Part shown: piece by piece, positions 59,981 to 64,000 of the stretch
Layout of the letters: every line of letters starts with the position of its first letter
How positions within the stretch are numbered: the first letter of the stretch is position 1
Made by a program: the position numbers and the translations under genes
Notes under the pieces: model-generated
Seen by the model: only the letters and a program-made list of their open reading frames with translations
What the model was told of the DNA's origin: nothing
Database searches by the model: none
Source of the DNA: an uncultured virus (IMG/VR IMGVR_UViG_3300017725_002980)
Taxonomy: Duplodnaviria > Heunggongvirae > Uroviricota > Caudoviricetes
Virus record (IMG/VR): IMGVR_UViG_3300017725_002980
DNA length: 64,000 nt
Direction: 5' to 3' (one strand)

Positions 59981-60912
59981 TGAAACCAGCAATTTTAATT
60001 ACATCTCATCCTAATACAGATGAAAAAGAACAAATTTTACAAAATTTTGGAAACTTTATTTCTCAGTATAAAATAGACCATTACTTAGTTACTAACTATC
60101 CTCCTAAATCAGATACTCAAAAAAAGTTTAAAGGTTCATTTTTTTATAATAATAATCCACCTGGTCCTTTTTTAGGTAACGTATGGCTAACCTTTCCCCC
60201 AATTAGAAAGACACATCATCAAATTATCCCAAATTGGACTTATTCCTTTATGTTATTATTATTAAACGGTGTTAAAAACTTAAAAAATTTAGGTTATACC
60301 CATTTTATCTATTTAGGATATGATTCTCTCCCAGATTATGATCTTATTAAAAATTATATAGATAAAAGTTTATCAATATTAAAAGATAAAAAAGCTACAT
60401 TTACTGAGTATGAGTTAGGGTGGGAAGATTCTTTAAGTAGTACTAATTGTGCTAGTGAAATAGACTTCTTTATAGAAGTATTTGAAAATAGTTTAGAATT
60501 ATATTTAAAAAGAGAACTTCCTACACTATGTGAACAGTATTGGTACTCATCTTTATCTCTATATTTAAAGCAAGTCCAAATCCTCCCTAAATCTGATGCA
60601 ATCCCTACTACATTTGATAGTGCTAGTTCTAACTATAAATTTAAATCTGGAAACTACTATTTAGGGTTTGATAAATCTTCTAATAATATTCTAATAATCA
60701 CAGATAACTTAACCTTAAGTATTCAAGATAAAAATTCAAATATAATTCCACATAATTTTTTAAGTTCTAATCTTAAATCAGAATATTTTCCTAAAGAATT
60801 AACTGCATATAAACTTGAATCTATAGAAGATGAAAAATATTATGTAGATGATGAACTTTTATTTATTAATACTCCTGAATGGAGAAATTTAAATTATTTT
60901 GAAGACCTATGA
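59980..60912 (+). CDS. Hypothetical protein (glycan cluster)
   Basis: 310 aa; ILITSH, GYTHFIYLGYD weakly GT-A-like. Confidence 0.55.
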   Translation: MKPAILITSHPNTDEKEQILQNFGNFISQYKIDHYLVTNYPPKSDTQKKFKGSFFYNNNPPGPFLGNVWLTFPPIRKTHHQIIPNWTYSFMLLLLNGVKNLKNLGYTHFIYLGYDSLPDYDLIKNYIDKSLSILKDKKATFTEYELGWEDSLSSTNCASEIDFFIEVFENSLELYLKRELPTLCEQYWYSSLSLYLKQVQILPKSDAIPTTFDSASSNYKFKSGNYYLGFDKSSNNILIITDNLTLSIQDKNSNIIPHNFLSSNLKSEYFPKELTAYKLESIEDEKYYVDDELLFINTPEWRNLNYFEDL

Positions 60913-61448
60913 CCTATAATGACTTAATATCCAAATTACATTCCTACTCAAGAATAATAGTCTCAGGACCTCAAAGATCAGGTACTACTTATGCAGCTTT
61001 TACTTTATCTCAAGATTTAGAATATAAACATATTGATGAACAAGAATTTGGTACTCATACTGCAGAAGGATTTTTAAATGTTCTTTCTCAAGAAAATATT
61101 GTAGTACAATGTCCTGCTGTATCCCATGTTTTAGACCAAATCCAATCCCAAAATACTATCATTTTGTGGATGGATAGAGATAATGAAGATATTGCTAAAA
61201 GTGAAGATAGAATTGATTGGCATCCTCATTGGTTTAATGTTGAAAAAAACAAATACAGAACTATATATGGTGATGAAGTTGATAAATTTGAAAGAAATTC
61301 ATTAATGAAAAAACATTATTGGAATATTCAAAAACAAAATTTAAAAACAGATTATTTAGATATTCCATACTCTATTTTAAAAGAAACAAAAGGTTTTATT
61401 TCAAAAACTCAAAGAAAAGATTTTGGAGTAAAACAAATACAATTATAA
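60909..61448 (+). CDS. P-loop/sulfotransferase-like protein
   Basis: IVSGPQRSGTT; WMDRD...I..S. Confidence 0.65.
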   Translation: MTYNDLISKLHSYSRIIVSGPQRSGTTYAAFTLSQDLEYKHIDEQEFGTHTAEGFLNVLSQENIVVQCPAVSHVLDQIQSQNTIILWMDRDNEDIAKSEDRIDWHPHWFNVEKNKYRTIYGDEVDKFERNSLMKKHYWNIQKQNLKTDYLDIPYSILKETKGFISKTQRKDFGVKQIQL

Positions 61449-61449
61449 A

Positions 61450-61481
61450 TTTGGTTACCCGAGAATCCTTTCGTATATTTA
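61450..61481 (+). promoter_or_regulatory. TTTGG-N17-CGTATATT promoter
   Basis: tttggttacccgagaatcctttcgtatattta. Confidence 0.7.
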
Positions 61482-61497
61482 CCGATTAAATAATTTA

Positions 61498-62334
61498 ATG
61501 ATTAATATTCAATATAATCACCCAAATATAAGAGTAGAAACTAAACAAGTTTCTATGCTACATAATTTACCTTTAACTTTAAATGTTAAATCTCATGTTA
61601 GTAAAGAAACTACATGGAACTGTCAATTGGGGGACTACAGCTGGGCAACTTTTTCTAATGATTCTATTTTTGATATTGAAATAAAGGATTCTAAAGGTAA
61701 AATTGTTATTAATAGGGAATTTAATATTTTAGAAGATGGAAGTTATTTAGACAAAGCACTACAGATGTACTGCCAAAACTTAAATAACCCCCAAGGTTTA
61801 GCAATAGGCTCTCATGATGGTGAGTTTGGAGAATGGGTTTTACCTACTTTAGGTAATTTTACTAAAACAACTTTAGTAGAAGCATCAACCCCTCAATTTA
61901 AAAAACTTAAAAAAAATTACCAAAATCTCTCTAACGTAAATTTGATTCAAAATCTAGTTACTACAGATGGTTCTAAAGTAGAATTTTTTGAAGGAGGTAA
62001 GGGTTATACTAATTCTGTTAAAGAAAATGTAATTAGAAGTTGGGAAAAAGAAGAAATTAATTCCAATTTACGTGACTCTATTTCAATTAATGATTTAATA
62101 AATCAAATTACCCCAAATAAAAAATTAGATTGGCTACATTTAGATATTGAAGGGTATGATGCTGAAATACTTAAAGCAATAAACGTGGAGTTATTACCTA
62201 ATTTTATTATATTTGAACATAACAACTTATCTAATAAAGATAAAACAAGTATAGAAAAATATTTTACTGATCTAAATTATACTCTTTATAACGAAGACCC
62301 AGTGTCTTATTTAGTAATTAAAGATAATGGCTAA
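61498..62334 (+). CDS. FkbM-family methyltransferase with N-terminal extension
   Basis: IGSHDG, LVEA, LHLDIEGYD, IIFEH. Confidence 0.75.
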   Translation: MINIQYNHPNIRVETKQVSMLHNLPLTLNVKSHVSKETTWNCQLGDYSWATFSNDSIFDIEIKDSKGKIVINREFNILEDGSYLDKALQMYCQNLNNPQGLAIGSHDGEFGEWVLPTLGNFTKTTLVEASTPQFKKLKKNYQNLSNVNLIQNLVTTDGSKVEFFEGGKGYTNSVKENVIRSWEKEEINSNLRDSISINDLINQITPNKKLDWLHLDIEGYDAEILKAINVELLPNFIIFEHNNLSNKDKTSIEKYFTDLNYTLYNEDPVSYLVIKDNG

Positions 62335-63271
62335 GAAAAAAGCTCCTCAAATAGTTAGGAATATAAAAAATAATCCACCTAAACCGGTTGATTTTGCTTA
62401 TGAGAAAAATATCTCATACTCCCAGCTATCAATGTATACACAGTGTCCTAAAAAATGGGCTCTACAATATAGAGATGGTCATAAAATAAAGGAACAAAGC
62501 ATTCATATGACTTTTGGGACTGCATTACATGAGACATTGCAAATGTACCTTGATGTTATGTATAATCAAAGTGCAGTAAAAGCTGATGAGTTAGATTTAG
62601 AAACAGATTTTGAAACCCGATTAAGAGATTGTTATGCAGAAGCTTATAAACAAAATAAAGGAGAGCATTTTACTGACGCCCAAACACTTCGAGAATTCTA
62701 TTCCGACGGTGTTGAAATTATAAATTATATTAGAAAAAATAGAAGAAATTATTTTTCTAAACGTGGTTGGTGGTTAGTAGGTTGTGAAATACCAATTGTA
62801 TTGGCGCCAAATCCGCATTTACCACGCGTTAAATACATGGGCTTCCTTGATGTCGTGATGTATAATGAAAATACAAATAAATTCATTATAATCGATATAA
62901 AAACCTCGACACGAGGGTGGAATGATAAAGCTAAAAAAGACAAATCAAAGCAACATCAGTTAGTTCTATATAAAAAATTCTTTTCTCAACAATATAATAT
63001 CCCAATAGATGATATTGATATTGAGTTCTTTATTGTAAAACGTAAGTTATATGAATCACAAGATTTTGTAATAAAACGTATCCAACAATTCAGACCCCCC
63101 TCAGGTAAAACTTCAATTAATAGAGCAACAAAATCACTAAATGAATTTTTAGATAATTGTTTTACATCTGAGGGGTATAATGAGAAGAATATGCCTGCTC
63201 TAATTAATAATAATTGTAAATGGTGTTCTTACTTCAAAACACATTTATGTTCTGCGACTTTTGAAGGATAA
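62327..63271 (+). CDS. PD-(D/E)XK nuclease (RecB/Cas4/AddB-like) with Cys cluster
   Basis: SYSQL...CP, FGTALHE, GFLD, IDIKTS, QL..Y, CKWC...C. Confidence 0.85.
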   Translation: MAKKKAPQIVRNIKNNPPKPVDFAYEKNISYSQLSMYTQCPKKWALQYRDGHKIKEQSIHMTFGTALHETLQMYLDVMYNQSAVKADELDLETDFETRLRDCYAEAYKQNKGEHFTDAQTLREFYSDGVEIINYIRKNRRNYFSKRGWWLVGCEIPIVLAPNPHLPRVKYMGFLDVVMYNENTNKFIIIDIKTSTRGWNDKAKKDKSKQHQLVLYKKFFSQQYNIPIDDIDIEFFIVKRKLYESQDFVIKRIQQFRPPSGKTSINRATKSLNEFLDNCFTSEGYNEKNMPALINNNCKWCSYFKTHLCSATFEG

Positions 63272-63306
63272 TAATATACGTATATAAAAATATAATAAAT
63301 AACGTT

Positions 63307-63495
63307 ATGGCTAGTACAGATAAAAAAACACTTACAAGTGTTAAAATCAAAAGTGATTTATTCAACGAATTTAAAATTGAGTGTGTAAAACGTAAGTTCT
63401 CTTTCCAGAAACTTGCCGACCGCGCTATTCATTTATATCTTACAAATGAAGATTTTAGAAAAAAAATAAATAATCACAACAACTTAGAACTTTAA
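63307..63495 (+). CDS. Small ribbon-helix-helix-like DNA-binding protein
   Basis: LTSVKI..DLFNEFK..C....FSFQKL.DRAI.LY. Confidence 0.55.
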   Translation: MASTDKKTLTSVKIKSDLFNEFKIECVKRKFSFQKLADRAIHLYLTNEDFRKKINNHNNLEL

Positions 63496-63499
63496 GTAA

Positions 63500-64000
63500 A
63501 TGAAAGAAGGTTATATTCCTAAAGAGCAACGGAAAAATATTTTGTTGCTTACTGATGATATCAGATTCCCATCAGGTGTAGGCAATGTAGGTAAAGAAAT
63601 AGTTTTACATACATCCCACCGTTATAATTGGTTTAACTTAGGGGCAGCAATGAATCACCCTGATAAAGGTAAAATAATTGATATTTCGGAAGAAACTAAT
63701 AAATTAGCAGGAATTAAAGATGCTAGTGTTAAAATTCAACCAAATGATGGTTATGGGGATCCTAAAATTTTACGTAACTTAAGAAAGCAACATAAAATTG
63801 ATGCTATATTTTTAATTACAGATCCACGTTACTTTGAGTGGTTGTTCCAAATTGAAAATGAGGTTAGAAATGAAATTCCTATTATCTATTTAAATATTTG
63901 GGATGATTTACCTGCTCCTATGTATAATAAGGGATTTTATGAATCCGTTGATACACTATTAGGTATTTCTAAGCAAACAGTTAACATCAATAAAATGGTT
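63500..64000 (+). CDS. GT4-like glycosyltransferase, 3'-truncated by window edge
   Basis: MKEGYIPKEQRKNILLLTDDIRFPSGVG...TDPRYF...IWDDLP...GISKQT, open to the end of window. Confidence 0.7.
   Translation, partial: MKEGYIPKEQRKNILLLTDDIRFPSGVGNVGKEIVLHTSHRYNWFNLGAAMNHPDKGKIIDISEETNKLAGIKDASVKIQPNDGYGDPKILRNLRKQHKIDAIFLITDPRYFEWLFQIENEVRNEIPIIYLNIWDDLPAPMYNKGFYESVDTLLGISKQTVNINKMV

Noticed and set aside
62327..63271. Cas4 as part of a CRISPR system
   Set aside because: No cas genes or array nearby; stand-alone PD-(D/E)XK nucleases are common in phages

Overview
A 64-kb, AT-rich, gene-dense segment of a large tailed dsDNA phage (T4-like myovirus architecture) with essentially all real genes on the + strand in the standard genetic code. 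A-rich, Shine-Dalgarno-less start contexts and TTTG...TAnnTTT-type promoters point to a Bacteroidota/Flavobacteria host (inference). Gene order: end of a collagen (Gly-X-Y)+LamG fibre gene; protein hydroxylation/glycosylation cluster; contractile tail module (sheath, tube, frameshifted chaperone, tape measure, baseplate); replication genes (minimal PolA, SSB, RecA, 5'-3' exonuclease, helicase, NrdB/NrdA); a PAS histidine kinase/receiver pair; lysis genes; ThyA and a 7-deazaguanine cluster (DpdA/TGT-like, QueC/D/E, FolE, with HPRT and a MazG-like pyrophosphatase); a split family-B polymerase; clamp, Hsp20, GroES/EL, clamp loader; and a second glycan-modification cluster. Best candidate novel system: an animal-like collagen modification pathway, i.e. 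a GT4 + COLGALT-like GT25 + PLOD-like lysyl hydroxylase fusion encoded just downstream of a Lys-Gly-rich collagen fibre. Other highlights: long-range G-U-containing RNA duplex enclosing hsp20, an unannotated 24-aa 9-Cys metallothionein-like ORF, a phage two-component system, a possible pre-replicative deazaguanine pathway, and a hairpin/pseudoknot upstream of queC. All family assignments are from motif recognition by eye; no searches were run.
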